Origin: Clostridia bacterium | GTDB taxonomy: Bacteria > Bacillota > Clostridia > Christensenellales > UBA1242 | Reading direction: 5' to 3' | Length of the DNA: 64,000 bases | NCBI GenBank assembly: GCA_017503005.1 | Contig: JAFVTW010000022.1 | Location: 46,949 to 110,948 of the forward strand | Part shown: one piece after another, positions 29,204-40,149 of the stretch | Numbering within the stretch: the first letter of the stretch is position 1 | Layout: every line of letters begins with the position of its first letter | Made by a program: the position numbers and the translations under genes | Notes under the pieces: generated by a model | The model's input: the letters and a program-made list of their open reading frames with translations, nothing else | What the model was told of the DNA's origin: nothing | The model's database searches: none

Positions 29204-30946
29204 TTAATAATTAAAAGAAATATGACTGGCACCAGCACCTACAAGTTTGATAAAACTTACACCACTTAAACTAAATTCTTCGGTGCTATTTGTAATAGTT
29301 TTTAATAATAGCCCGTTAGCTGCATATAGCTCAATGGTTGCATCTTTGTATTTTGTTTTTAAGGTGATGTCTTCGTATTCAATTCCTCTAGATGAAAGTT
29401 GATGTCTAGCAGAATCTACACCTATATATAGGTCTTTGTATGTTATACTTAAAGAGCCACGAGCAGATTTAACAAGTTCCATATTGAAAAAGAAATTGTA
29501 AGTGTTTAGTGAAGACAAGTCAGCCTCAGGCCAACATATATCATTGTATATAGAATCATAATTTGGTGGGGTTTGGTGGGAATATTTTAAATTTTCTTGA
29601 GATGATGTGATTACATGGAATTTATCTCCTAAAGATTGTTCGTAATTGTAGAAATCACTAAAAACATCTGCCCCATAATAATTTTTAAAATATATTTTAA
29701 ATTCTTCCAGTGTTTTAATATTAACTCCAGGATTGTTTAAAAATCCGGTGAAATCGCCATATTTTGAATAGATATAACTAAAGAATCTTGCACCAGTCTC
29801 ATATTGAGAATTTCCAACTAATTCATCTCTTTTTAGTCCAAGTATTTCATTTTCAAAATTGTACTTATATAATTCATTTTTAAGATGATCTATGTTGGTT
29901 AATACAGAACTAAAGGATCCAGAATAAGCATAAGCTTTAGGGTTGGTTTCGTATAATTTTTTTGTTGTTAAGTATTCTACATAAGATGCAAAACCTTCGC
30001 AGTATACACCTATGTTTGTAGTGATATATGCAGGTTGTGTATCCACAACGGCATGTGCTAATTCATGTGCAAATGCACTTGAATTTACCATAAACATATT
30101 GTGAGAATCGATAAATATAGTATCTCCAGCACAAGATGGAAAATTGTCGTTGTCTACCATTACTTTAATTTTGTGTGGTGAAGATAGTCCGGTTGCATCG
30201 TACATAGCATCATATACTTCTTCTGCATATTTTTTGTAGTCTCCAGCAATATATGTTCCAGCTGCAATATGTATCTCAAAATGTTCGGTAGATTCAACTG
30301 TATCTTCTAAAACCATGTAACCAACTTGAAAATTGTCGCTTGTAATTGTTGAGGTGTTTCTATTTTTTACAAAATATTTTACTTTGTACTTATACCCCTT
30401 GTAAGAAACTGTCATAGTTTTTATACCGGTTGTTAATGTTCTAAACCCAGAAACCATTTTTTTTGTTACAGGTACTTCTGTATAGGTCATATATCCATCT
30501 ACAATTTCATAAAAAGAAATAGTTACATCGTCAAGATTTATTTTTTCACCAATATAGTATGTTTGATAAAAGTTGTTTAAACTGGTGATGCCATTTAGTG
30601 ATTTGTCCCAAGTAGATTTTACTACATAATAATCTTGCTCAATCTTTTTGCCATTGTAATTTACAGTGGCTGTTTTTTTGCCTACAGTGTTTGTTTTGAA
30701 GTTGGATACAGAAGAAATGTTTATTTTTACATCGGTATAGACATAGTTATCGTTTAATACGGGTACAGTTTCGTTGCCAGTTAAGGTGTCGCCTATTATA
30801 AAAACTCTGTTTTGTAATGCAGTGTCATTGTAAGAAAACTTTTGTTTATTCAAAAAAGGCAAAATATCGAGAGTGTACATTGCATACAATCCACTAATTA
30901 TCAGTGTCAATATTATTGTGATAATCAAAATAATAGTCTTTTTCAA
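29204..30946 (-). CDS. membrane-anchored protein with repeated Ig-like segments and a zincin (HExxH) domain
   Basis: N-terminal TM; two repeats ending KT(A/M)TV.Y.G(K)K...Y(Y/F)V; HELAHAV motif. Confidence 0.55.
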   Translation of the reverse strand: MKKTIILIITIILTLIISGLYAMYTLDILPFLNKQKFSYNDTALQNRVFIIGDTLTGNETVPVLNDNYVYTDVKINISSVSNFKTNTVGKKTATVNYNGKKIEQDYYVVKSTWDKSLNGITSLNNFYQTYYIGEKINLDDVTISFYEIVDGYMTYTEVPVTKKMVSGFRTLTTGIKTMTVSYKGYKYKVKYFVKNRNTSTITSDNFQVGYMVLEDTVESTEHFEIHIAAGTYIAGDYKKYAEEVYDAMYDATGLSSPHKIKVMVDNDNFPSCAGDTIFIDSHNMFMVNSSAFAHELAHAVVDTQPAYITTNIGVYCEGFASYVEYLTTKKLYETNPKAYAYSGSFSSVLTNIDHLKNELYKYNFENEILGLKRDELVGNSQYETGARFFSYIYSKYGDFTGFLNNPGVNIKTLEEFKIYFKNYYGADVFSDFYNYEQSLGDKFHVITSSQENLKYSHQTPPNYDSIYNDICWPEADLSSLNTYNFFFNMELVKSARGSLSITYKDLYIGVDSARHQLSSRGIEYEDITLKTKYKDATIELYAANGLLLKTITNSTEEFSLSGVSFIKLVGAGASHISFNY

Positions 30947-31125
30947 AATATTGTTTCTCCTATTTATATCCGTAGTATAGCATATTGATATTTGATTTAC
31001 TAAATCAAAATAGTGATTAATACAAAAATGCTTTAAGTTTTTATATTGTTGTAGGTTGAATTAAACTTTACAATCTGTGAATAAATATATTAAAATTGTA
31101 GAGTAATAAAAAAGGTAAGAGATAT

Positions 31126-31920
31126 ATGGATAAATTAAACAAGTTGTATAATAAAAGTGAATTAGAATTTTCGATATTTTTTATAGTTGTGTATATAGTG
31201 GGTGCTAGTCTGTGTGACTTTTTATCTGATATGGTCGGTATTAGCAAACTATTTACATTTCCATTTTTACTTGCAATGTCTGTATTGTTGTATGTGTGGA
31301 TTAAGCAAAACAATTTTATGGAAAAGTACGGATTGTGCAAGCCTAAGTTTACAGCCAAAAGTTTTCTTTTCTATATACCACTAGTTGTTTTGATTTCTAC
31401 TAATGTTTGGTTTGGTGTTAGACTAAACTACAATTTGATTGAGAGTATACTAAATGTACTAGCTATGTTGTGTGTTGGGTTTGCAGAAGAAATTATCTTC
31501 CGTGGATTTTTGTTTAGAGCTATGGAAAAGGATAATGTAAAAACTGCTATCATAGTATCTAGTGTTACATTTGGTATAGGACACATTATCAATTTATTTT
31601 CTAGTGGATTTTCAAATATATTGTCTAATGTGTGCCAAGTTTTCTATGCTATGGCTGTAGGATTTTTATTTGTAATTATATTTTACAAAGGTGGCTCTCT
31701 ACTATCTTGTATACTTACACATAGTTTGGTTAATGCTCTATCTGTGTTTCAAAATGTAGAAGTAATGAGTGGTGTGATAGAGATTGTTGTATCACTTGTA
31801 ATTATAGTTGTTGCTGCACTGTATTCTATAGTGCTACTAAAAACATTAAAGCAAGATGCTTTAGAGGTTGAGGTTCAAAACGAAGAAGAAAAAGTAGAGG
31901 ATTTGACTTTGGAAAAGTAA
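31126..31920 (+). CDS. CPBP family intramembrane glutamic endopeptidase
   Basis: EEIIFRGFLF and FGIGH motifs in a polytopic protein. Confidence 0.8.
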   Translation: MDKLNKLYNKSELEFSIFFIVVYIVGASLCDFLSDMVGISKLFTFPFLLAMSVLLYVWIKQNNFMEKYGLCKPKFTAKSFLFYIPLVVLISTNVWFGVRLNYNLIESILNVLAMLCVGFAEEIIFRGFLFRAMEKDNVKTAIIVSSVTFGIGHIINLFSSGFSNILSNVCQVFYAMAVGFLFVIIFYKGGSLLSCILTHSLVNALSVFQNVEVMSGVIEIVVSLVIIVVAALYSIVLLKTLKQDALEVEVQNEEEKVEDLTLEK

Positions 31921-32099
31921 AGATTCACTTATGAAAAAATGTGAAAAATAAAAAATAGCAAACAACCATATTTGTGTATTTGTAATAAAACAATATGCTT
32001 TTTGCTAATAAATATTAAATTATTGACAAAAACTTAATACTTTATATTAATTAAAAAAGAACTAAAACAAGAATTAAATTGTTTTAGTTCTTTTTGTAA

Positions 32100-32933
32100 T
32101 TAGTTATTTAACGGCTCCACATCTATATTAAATTCTTTACCAGCAGCTAGTCGATGTATAGTTACATCTTTTAAGTTGTTTTCAAAGTATTCTATAACTT
32201 CATCTTTTATGCAATGTCCTAAGTATAGTTCTTTTATGTTGTTTTCTTTAAAGTAGTTTATGGTGTAGTCAATCTTTTCTTTTTGAGGTTCTACTTCTCT
32301 TAAATGAAATCCACCTAATACTCCATATACAGTATTTTGACCTGTTACTTTTTTAGCATACTCAATGGTATTACAAATTCCTCTATGTCCACACCCGGTC
32401 ATTATAAACAAACCTTTGTCGGTAGTAATAGCTACACCACTATCGTCTTCAGTTACATCTATCTCTGTAATTTTGTGGTCTAATGTTGTGGCATAGTTTC
32501 CATCTTTTTCTATGTCAACTGTCATAGGAATTTCGCCTAAGTAGTAGCAGTTGTTGTGTATCAAAAGATGTTCTTTGGTTTCTATTACGGTGTGTTTCTT
32601 TAGTAGTTTTTCTCTAGGAATCAAAAATCCAGCATAGTCTGCTCTTCGTATAGACCATCGTTCTTTGTAGGCATTAGGGTGCATAATGATTGTTTTTTTA
32701 TTTTCTAAAAATGTTATGCCACCGGAGTGGTCGTTGTGTCCGTGTGTTATTACAATTTTTTCAACATCGTCCAAGCTTAGATTCATTAATTTTGCATTCT
32801 GCAAAAATAAATCGGTAAACCCAGTGTCCAACAAAAATTTATTGCCAAAAGCATTTACATGTATTGATAGTCCTGGTTCGCCTTTAAACTCTTCGTTCTC
32901 TCTATTCTCTGTAAGTATCTTTAGTGTAATCAT
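32100..32933 (-). CDS. MBL-fold metallo-hydrolase
   Basis: ITHGHNDHSGG motif. Confidence 0.75.
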   Translation of the reverse strand: MITLKILTENRENEEFKGEPGLSIHVNAFGNKFLLDTGFTDLFLQNAKLMNLSLDDVEKIVITHGHNDHSGGITFLENKKTIIMHPNAYKERWSIRRADYAGFLIPREKLLKKHTVIETKEHLLIHNNCYYLGEIPMTVDIEKDGNYATTLDHKITEIDVTEDDSGVAITTDKGLFIMTGCGHRGICNTIEYAKKVTGQNTVYGVLGGFHLREVEPQKEKIDYTINYFKENNIKELYLGHCIKDEVIEYFENNLKDVTIHRLAAGKEFNIDVEPLNN

Positions 32934-33050
32934 TTTTTCTACTCCTCATTTTCATTATAACATAAATTTAAAATTAAACATTATAATTTTGCTTCTTTTA
33001 AAATATATATTTTATATTTCTATTTTGAATAACAAAAAGACGACTAGATA

Positions 33051-33398
33051 TTAGTCGTCTTTTTCTTCCATATTGTTTAGTCTTTCTATAGTTGCTTCGG
33101 CTTCGGTTTTGGGTGTGTCATATATTACATCTGGTAAGCATAGGAATGTGCAAAACCAACTACCTATACAAGATAGTATATAGCTTACAAATTTGAATGG
33201 TAGACCTATTATAGGAATGAAAGATGGCAATAGTAATATCATTTCTACAACAAAAGATACAATCTCATAAACAAAGAATGGTATGGTAAATAGTACTAGT
33301 AGTAGAGTTTTTAGTGCTATGTATCCAGCATTTTTTGAACCATAAGAAAATATCATAGTGTATCGTAGTTTTAGGGTATAGAACAATTCTACTAGCAT
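33051..33398 (-). CDS. small membrane protein
   Basis: Hydrophobic 115-aa ORF placed 1 nt after the upstream gene. Confidence 0.4.
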   Translation of the reverse strand: MLVELFYTLKLRYTMIFSYGSKNAGYIALKTLLLVLFTIPFFVYEIVSFVVEMILLLPSFIPIIGLPFKFVSYILSCIGSWFCTFLCLPDVIYDTPKTEAEATIERLNNMEEKDD

Positions 33399-33399
33399 A

Positions 33400-33864
33400 T
33401 TACATCTCTTTTTCCATATAGAATTCTATATGACCACATTTTTCACAAACATAAGATTTTACTTTTTTAGGGGATACACCTAATGCAGTTTTTATTTCTT
33501 CGTCTACTATTTTTATTTCAAAAAATTTATCATATCCACAAGCAGTACATTTTCTAACTGGCTTTTTTAGAATATCTTTTCTGTGGGTGACATTGTATGC
33601 TAGTCCACCAAAGCTTTTGTCTATGGTGGTTAGTTGTATACCTAATTTTTTGCAAACTTTTGATACAAGGGCTTTGATAGTTCCTTGTTTTAGTGGGTCT
33701 ACAATATCTTTTTGAGGGTCGTAGTCGATTAGTTTGGCTATTGTAAATTTCTTTTTCTTAGGAAGGGCCACTATTTTCTCTACAATTACTAGTACAGTAT
33801 CTACTAGTTCTTTTTCTTCACATGTATTTTCTACTATTTTCTTTAGTTCGGTATTGTTTGTCAT
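33400..33864 (-). CDS. hypothetical protein with C-terminal CxxC...CxxC zinc ribbon
   Basis: CTACGYD ... CEKCGH pairs. Confidence 0.45.
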   Translation of the reverse strand: MTNNTELKKIVENTCEEKELVDTVLVIVEKIVALPKKKKFTIAKLIDYDPQKDIVDPLKQGTIKALVSKVCKKLGIQLTTIDKSFGGLAYNVTHRKDILKKPVRKCTACGYDKFFEIKIVDEEIKTALGVSPKKVKSYVCEKCGHIEFYMEKEM

Positions 33865-33929
33865 TTTGAGCCTCCAACTTATATTTTTATCACAACATAA
33901 AATTTTGAAGTATCTATCTTTTGAAGTGA

Positions 33930-34577
33930 TTATACTTTAATTGTGTTAAATTGTTTTTGCAATTCGTTAAAAAATCTAGCAGCACATTGTCCGTCTATAG
34001 TTGCATGATGAAATCTTAAGGTCATATTTAGAGTTTTCTTGAATAGTTTGCTTTCATATTTTCCCCACATTACATAATGGTCCCAAAAATCAGAAGATAC
34101 ATCTAGACTAATAGCTGTAAAAGGGTAGTCGATTATAGCAGAAGTCGCTATCTGTGCACCAGTGTCTTCTATAAAACAAGTACAATTTTCGTAGCAGTAG
34201 TTAGTTACTCGTTTGTACTCTTTTTCAAATTCCAAGTAATTGTCGCTATATTTGTAATCAGCATAGTATAGTTGACCATCTTTTCCATTTACTACAGCAT
34301 TAGTTTTCATATTTTCGTAGTAGTACAGCCCATCTTCTTTGATGGCATAGTGAAAATCTTCTATGTTTTGGGCAGCATGTAGTATGCAGTAGCACAAAAG
34401 ACAGTTTAGACTGTGTCCTTTTTTCTTCTGCTTCCACACATTTGTTATATCAAATTTCCCTGTTACACATACACTAGGTGATGCTTCGTTTATAAACATA
34501 TCATACATCATTTTTTTAGGGTAGGTGTTTAGGTCTACTTTTCTCATAGTTTCCATACGAATCACCTCTTTAAACAA
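33930..34577 (-). CDS. chloramphenicol-acetyltransferase (CAT) family protein
   Basis: C-terminal RFHHATIDGQCAARFF resembles the CAT catalytic HHAxxDG block. Substrate is unknown. Confidence 0.6.
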   Translation of the reverse strand: MFKEVIRMETMRKVDLNTYPKKMMYDMFINEASPSVCVTGKFDITNVWKQKKKGHSLNCLLCYCILHAAQNIEDFHYAIKEDGLYYYENMKTNAVVNGKDGQLYYADYKYSDNYLEFEKEYKRVTNYCYENCTCFIEDTGAQIATSAIIDYPFTAISLDVSSDFWDHYVMWGKYESKLFKKTLNMTLRFHHATIDGQCAARFFNELQKQFNTIKV

Positions 34578-35094
34578 TCCAGTCTTTGATAGTTTCGTTT
34601 GCTTTCAGTTCTTCTTTTAATCTAATTATGGTTTCTTCTACTGCTTTTAGGTTTTCTTCTGTTCGTAGATTATCTTTGGCATACTTAAACAAATATCCTA
34701 TTTTCTTCATAATATTTGTTCCCATAGCATCGGTTAAATAATCATGTCTAGGCATTAGCCACACATGAAAGTGATTGCCAACTTTTTCTTCCCAAACTAC
34801 ATTATATTGAGGGCAAACCTCTAATTTTTTTAGACTGGCGATGGTTACATCTATTAGGGTTATAAGCTCTAATTTTTCATCATTGGTCATTTCATTTATG
34901 CTCTCTAAGTGTCTTACACTGCTTATTACCATAAATCCGTTTATAGGCAATTCAAAGTCTTGAGCTATTGTAAAGTTTTTAGTTTTTACTACTTGACCTG
35001 TATATTTGTCGTTGTCAAAATTTTTTACGATTGAGCAACCCATACACTCGCCGATTTGTCTCATTTCTCCATCATACGATTTTATGAAACACAT
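34570..35094 (-). CDS. HIT-like (histidine triad) family protein, tentative
   Basis: GNHFHVWLMPR resembles the HxHxH-type motif. 8-nt overlap with the CAT-like gene. Confidence 0.45.
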   Translation of the reverse strand: MCFIKSYDGEMRQIGECMGCSIVKNFDNDKYTGQVVKTKNFTIAQDFELPINGFMVISSVRHLESINEMTNDEKLELITLIDVTIASLKKLEVCPQYNVVWEEKVGNHFHVWLMPRHDYLTDAMGTNIMKKIGYLFKYAKDNLRTEENLKAVEETIIRLKEELKANETIKDWIV

Positions 35095-35270
35095 TTTATT
35101 TCTCCTAGTTTGTTTTTATCTTTACACGGTCATTATACCACAACTTTTTCTTTTAGTAGTACAAATTTTGTGTATTTTGTCCTGTGTTTTTGGTAAAGAT
35201 TGCATTGCATTTCTTTTGACTTTTTGTAGTGTGAAACATTACACTAAGAAAAAGTGCAGGAGGCCATACT

Positions 35271-35525
35271 ATGGTATATACCGAAAAAGAATTTATTGAC
35301 AAAATTATCAAAGAGTTTGAAGAGCACCCAGACTTGTATATGGCTTGCTATTCCGAAACTGAATCAACCATACTACAAGGTGCTGATATCGATAAACTAA
35401 AGCAAATCGGTATGGAAAATGGTATATATGTAAAACAATTAAATGAAACCAAAACGAAAAAGAAAACTTACACAAAAGAATATGAAAAACATAAAACAAT
35501 AGGATTTTCTAAGTATGATTTTTAA
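35271..35525 (+). CDS. hypothetical protein (84 aa)
   Basis: ATG after AGGAGG. No motif recognised. Confidence 0.4.
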   Translation: MVYTEKEFIDKIIKEFEEHPDLYMACYSETESTILQGADIDKLKQIGMENGIYVKQLNETKTKKKTYTKEYEKHKTIGFSKYDF

Positions 35526-35625
35526 TCGTATTAACAAGTGTATAGATATTGTAATCTTTGATTGACAATGCTCTTCCTTTTGACTATGATAGATTAAAAT
35601 GAGCATATATTAAGGAGATTGTATT

Positions 35626-36315
35626 ATGGAATTGATGTTTGACAATGCAAATATCGACACAATAAAGGAGTTTGCTGAGATTTATCCGTTCGTGGGTGTT
35701 ACTAGCAATCCTACTATCATCAAAAAGGAAGGTAAGATTGATTTTTTCAATCATTTTAGAAAACTTAGAGAAGTAATTGGTGCTGATAAATCTCTTCATA
35801 TTCAAGTTGTTTCTCAAACAGCAGAAGAAATGATAAAGGAAGCAGAAAAGATTGTAGAAAACATCGACAAAGATGTGTATATCAAAATCCCTGTAACCGA
35901 AGAAGGGTTAAAAGCTATCAAAAATTTAAAATCTAGAGGATTTAGGGTTACAGCTACTGCTATATACACCAAAATGCAAGGGTTAGTAGCTATAGCTGCT
36001 GGTGCAGACTATATTGCCCCATATTTTAACCGTATCCAAAGTAGAGGCTCAGATGCAGCAGCAACTGTGGCTTGCTTTAGACAAAATATAGATTTCTTTG
36101 GTAAAAAAACCAAAATTTTGGCTGCAAGTTTCCACCACGGTGGTCAAGTAATTAAGGCTTTGCAAGCAGGTGCAGATGCTGTCACACTATCTCCAGACTT
36201 ACTAAGAGAAATGATTTGTATAAATCCTACTAACTATATAGAAAATGCTATCACTACATTTGCTGCCGACTGGGAAGAATCTCAAGGCACAAAGAGTATA
36301 TTAGATTGCGAATAA
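35626..36315 (+). CDS. fructose-6-phosphate aldolase / transaldolase family protein
   Basis: Collinear with the FSA/TalC pattern: MEL..D.A....IKEF....P..GVTSNPTII, catalytic Lys in IKIPVTEEGL, YIAPYFNRI. Confidence 0.85.
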   Translation: MELMFDNANIDTIKEFAEIYPFVGVTSNPTIIKKEGKIDFFNHFRKLREVIGADKSLHIQVVSQTAEEMIKEAEKIVENIDKDVYIKIPVTEEGLKAIKNLKSRGFRVTATAIYTKMQGLVAIAAGADYIAPYFNRIQSRGSDAAATVACFRQNIDFFGKKTKILAASFHHGGQVIKALQAGADAVTLSPDLLREMICINPTNYIENAITTFAADWEESQGTKSILDCE

Positions 36316-36379
36316 TTTTAATTACTATTAATAATAAAACGGCTAAAAATTAGCCGTTTTTTTGTATGTAGTAATTGCA

Positions 36380-37123
36380 CTAAAATATTAGATATATCAA
36401 AGTTAAATGCAATGGGTAATATATGTAAAACAACCATTTCATAAACTTATTGAAATATATATTTTTGCCTCTTTCGCCGTTATAAAAATATAAAAGTGGA
36501 ATGGCTAATACTACGGCAAATTGTAGTATGGCATATATTAGGTTTATTGCAAATATGTACACTATGAAGTATGTGCTTACCATCAGCACCATTGATATCA
36601 TTTGTTTTACAAAGTTGTCTTTGTACTCCCACATAAATAGTATAATTAGTGGTGCTACACAACTCCAGTCAGCAGGGAATGAAATTGCACATATTAGTAT
36701 ACTCAAAAGTATTTTGTAGTAAGATTTTAAACTAGAATCATTTACTTTGATTAGTAACAATCCACAAGCAAATCCCCACAAAACACTTGTTTGGTTAAAA
36801 ATACTATAGAAACAAGGTATAAATGAGTAAGCATCTTTGTAATTAAACGAAGTAAGTACATATGGGATATGTGATATTAGGGCAAATATCAAAATTCTGC
36901 AGAAATATTTCTTGAAGTTTTTGGTGTAAATATATCCTTGTACAATAAAAAAGCAAAAAATAGGACAAGCTATTCTGCCCAAAATGTGCATAACTATTGC
37001 TACCGGGTGTGTGGAGAATTCTGGAAATGCTGCCCAAGCAATATGGTCAATTGTCATCGATGCAATTGCTATTAATTTTAAAATATTTGAAGTTAAACCT
37101 TTACTTATTTTTTCTTCTGCCAA
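36380..37123 (-). CDS. TraX family membrane protein
   Basis: LKLIAIASMTIDHIA N-terminal signature; polytopic. Confidence 0.7.
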   Translation of the reverse strand: MAEEKISKGLTSNILKLIAIASMTIDHIAWAAFPEFSTHPVAIVMHILGRIACPIFCFFIVQGYIYTKNFKKYFCRILIFALISHIPYVLTSFNYKDAYSFIPCFYSIFNQTSVLWGFACGLLLIKVNDSSLKSYYKILLSILICAISFPADWSCVAPLIILFMWEYKDNFVKQMISMVLMVSTYFIVYIFAINLIYAILQFAVVLAIPLLYFYNGERGKNIYFNKFMKWLFYIYYPLHLTLIYLIF

Positions 37124-37221
37124 GTTTAGTTCTCCCTTTATATGTGTATATTATCACAAACTGTTCTTTTACCCAAACAATACTAGAAAAAACACGAAGT
37201 GTAATTTTTGCTCCGTGTTTT

Positions 37222-38229
37222 TTATTTAAATATAAAATGTCTATCTTCAGGGTCTAGGAATATTCGGTCAATTGTAAATGTATTGTCTGGTTTGATTGTG
37301 TACAAGCAACCACCTTGTATGTCTTCATCGTGGTATGATGCACGACCAGTTTTTATGCCATAACACAATTTTATGCCTTTGTAATCGGCTATAAAAGTGT
37401 TGCGATGGTTGTGTCCATATATCATAGCTGTAGCACTACCTAATTCTTTGGCTGTATCAAATAGTCCTGCATCATTTTTTTGGTATGCTACACCTCCATC
37501 TCGCATTTCGCCATCTAAGGGGATATCGTTGTAGTAATATTGACGATAAGCATAATATGTCTCTACTAGTGGTAGATGGAAGAATGTCCAGCTAGGCAAA
37601 ACTTTGCCACATTCGTTTGATATGCTATTTATAGTATTTCGGTACCACTCTAAGTGATGTTCGGTAGTACTAATGGCATTATCCATAAATACTAGCGAAT
37701 ATATAGGGTTGCCATTTCTGTGTATGTTGTAGTAATAGTTGCCATACGAATCTGTTACATTGCCTTTTTGGAATAGACAATATTTGCCACTCTCATATAG
37801 TTTGCATTGTGTATCCATGGTCATGTCAGTTTTGTAGTCATGATTTCCAAAAACTGGTGCCCATGGAATTTCAAATTCATCTATAAACCTAATATATTTT
37901 TTCAGCATAAACTTTTTGCTGCCATTCATCAAATTGTCGCCAGTTAGTACTATTAGGTCGGGCTGAGCCATCTCTACAGTCATCTGTATTGCATCTAGAG
38001 CTTTTAGAGCATCGCCTAGTGCAGTGATTTGAGTGTCGCTCAGTTGCAGAACCTTGATATCTTTATCGTCATTTACAGATAATATATTGTTTTCTTTGTC
38101 TACAACAACTCTGCTACCTATAGGGCTAGAACAATTTAAAATGTATAGGGCATAACTACCCAAAATAATCAAAGAAGAACAAAGACATACAAGTAAAACA
38201 GCTAGACTAGATTTGATATATACTTTCAC
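37222..38229 (-). CDS. membrane-anchored metallophosphoesterase
   Basis: LSDTQ, GDN, GNHD and GHNH motifs. Confidence 0.75.
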   Translation of the reverse strand: MKVYIKSSLAVLLVCLCSSLIILGSYALYILNCSSPIGSRVVVDKENNILSVNDDKDIKVLQLSDTQITALGDALKALDAIQMTVEMAQPDLIVLTGDNLMNGSKKFMLKKYIRFIDEFEIPWAPVFGNHDYKTDMTMDTQCKLYESGKYCLFQKGNVTDSYGNYYYNIHRNGNPIYSLVFMDNAISTTEHHLEWYRNTINSISNECGKVLPSWTFFHLPLVETYYAYRQYYYNDIPLDGEMRDGGVAYQKNDAGLFDTAKELGSATAMIYGHNHRNTFIADYKGIKLCYGIKTGRASYHDEDIQGGCLYTIKPDNTFTIDRIFLDPEDRHFIFK

Positions 38230-38428
38230 AACTCCCCCTTTGATATATTAGTTTTGGGTAAATACTATCCCAAATACTCGACTGTTATTTGCATCAACAT
38301 TGTACCACATATATTCATTTTTAGGAAGAAATTAAGTAGTACAAAACACTTTTATTGTATTAGCAAAAAAGACTGCACACAGATTGTGGTGCAATCTTTT
38401 TGTATTAGTACTGTGTTTTTAATACGGT

Positions 38429-39298
38429 TTAACCGAGAAATTTATTTGCATAAGTGCAGGTCTTACAAAATTCTTCTGTAATATTTCTATCGGTAAATCC
38501 TTTATAAATATTTTGAGCCCTTGTCGTATTTAATATGTCTAATATCTTGCTTTCGAAAATATTACCAAGTGCAAGTTTGCCTTCGCTATCTAGACAGCAA
38601 GCCACCACAGTTCCGTCACACAAAATCCCAAAATGTGACCTTAAACCATAACAGAATTTTACACAATTTTGCTCTTTGTTTTCTGTATTGATAGGCCACT
38701 CAAAAGTATCTGCAAAACTTATATAAATATTGTCAGCTATACTTGTGTGGTGTTGTACATTTTGATAGTTGATATTTGTATTAAATATATTATTTATTTT
38801 TTCTATTATATTTTTGTTTAATGTGTTTTTAGCATTTTGATTACTGGTTTCGTTCCACAATCTAAATTCGATATATGTTTTGCTATTGTTAGCAATTTCT
38901 TTGCAAGAGTATATAACATTTTCTAAATATTCGTCCAAAGAATATGGATTAGTATTTGCCTCATAGCTATGTAAACTAACCGAAATTCTCTTTGCACAAC
39001 CAGATTTCAATAAATCTAAATTTTGTTTAATAAGTGTACCATTGGTTGTCAAATATACACTCAAATTCTTTCTGTTGCAAATTTCAAATATCTCTTTTAT
39101 GTTTGGGTGCAACAAAGGTTCTCCCATAAGGTGCAAACAAACAGTGTTGGTTAGGGGAGATATCTCATCTGTAATTGTGTCAAACTCTTCTATAGTCATA
39201 AATTTTTTAGGACGATTATTTTTAGGGCAAAACGAACAATTAAGATTGCATATATTGGTGATTTCTATATAAATTTGCTTAAATTTTCTCATATACAT
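38429..39298 (-). CDS. radical SAM protein with SPASM-type C-terminal cysteine cluster
   Basis: CNLNCSFCP (CxxxCxxC) and C-terminal CCLDSEGKLALGNI...CKTC. Confidence 0.8.
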   Translation of the reverse strand: MYMRKFKQIYIEITNICNLNCSFCPKNNRPKKFMTIEEFDTITDEISPLTNTVCLHLMGEPLLHPNIKEIFEICNRKNLSVYLTTNGTLIKQNLDLLKSGCAKRISVSLHSYEANTNPYSLDEYLENVIYSCKEIANNSKTYIEFRLWNETSNQNAKNTLNKNIIEKINNIFNTNINYQNVQHHTSIADNIYISFADTFEWPINTENKEQNCVKFCYGLRSHFGILCDGTVVACCLDSEGKLALGNIFESKILDILNTTRAQNIYKGFTDRNITEEFCKTCTYANKFLG

Positions 39299-39360
39299 AT
39301 CTTACCAAATTTTACAAAATTAAAAAACTAAAACCTCGTTATAAAGCAAAAATCATTGTT

Positions 39361-39410
39361 AAAAAACAAAAGAACTAATCCGTGTTAAGATTAGTTCTTG
39401 CCTGGCGGAG
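39361..39410 (-). repeat. tRNA 3'-end remnant 1 plus terminator hairpin (putative outer att site)
   Basis: Minus strand reads CTCCGCCA-GGC-hairpin (39370-39399)-TTGTTTTTT. Confidence 0.5.
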
Positions 39411-39579
39411 TGTTTGTAACATAAAACGAATTAAATTATAAATTTGTGGCATAAGGTATATTGACAAAATAAAACTCATATTAAACTAACAAAAACTATA
39501 AAATATAAGGTTGTAGAGCAATTTTGCTTTTCAACCTTTTGTTGTTGATTTTGAAAAAAATTAATGAGTATGATATTAT

Positions 39580-40149
39580 ATGAGTACATTTGAAAATTTT
39601 GAAATGGTGGATAATCAAATTGTAAATAATAAATGGATTGAATGGAATCACTTTGGAATACCTAATGAAGCTGGGTTTTTAAGAGAAACAATTAGAATTT
39701 TAATGCTTGTTTTGGGGCACTGTTTGATTTGCACAAAATTAGATGGTTGTTATTTTGTAGAAAGAAAAATGCCAGAACAACCACAACACGAAAGATGTGA
39801 TTGTACCAAATTGAATAAGTCACAAACCCAGGTTAAAGATGTCTCAAATTCAGAATGCGATATTAGAAAATTTACTGATTATATATTTAGAGGTACAGGT
39901 GGTAAAAAAGACCTTTTTGAATCGTGGGGTTATACATTAAAAGATTCACAAATATTGCAAAAAGAGTTTGAAAAACAAGCAAGAGAACAATATATAAAAG
40001 GTAATTACGAATTAAAAGGTTTAGATTATAATGGACAACGAATAGCAATTCCCATAAATCTAAAAGGAAATATATTTTATAGTGGGTGGATGGTATATCC
40101 TAACGGAAAACTGAAAAATACTACCCCATTTGGAGGTTGGGTGAAATGA
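39580..40149 (+). CDS. MuF-type zinc-motif fragment fused to a DUF6883-like C-terminal domain (putative toxin module)
   Basis: HCLICTKLDGCYF...PEQPQHERCDC resembles the Phage_Mu_F CxxC..LDG...PP.H..C.C block. C-terminal KFTDYIF...GGKKDLFESWGY...GQRIAIPI...W resembles DUF6883. Confidence 0.45.
   Translation: MSTFENFEMVDNQIVNNKWIEWNHFGIPNEAGFLRETIRILMLVLGHCLICTKLDGCYFVERKMPEQPQHERCDCTKLNKSQTQVKDVSNSECDIRKFTDYIFRGTGGKKDLFESWGYTLKDSQILQKEFEKQAREQYIKGNYELKGLDYNGQRIAIPINLKGNIFYSGWMVYPNGKLKNTTPFGGWVK

Noticed and set aside
33930-34577. CAT-family gene as an acquired chloramphenicol resistance determinant
   Set aside because: It is embedded in core-like context, overlapping a HIT-like gene, with no mobile element nearby. 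The CAT fold also covers other acetyltransferases, so the resistance phenotype cannot be inferred from sequence alone.
39580-40149. MuF-like motif as evidence for a prophage
   Set aside because: No portal, terminase, capsid, tail or lysis genes and no integrase occur anywhere in the window. Only the short zinc motif is present.
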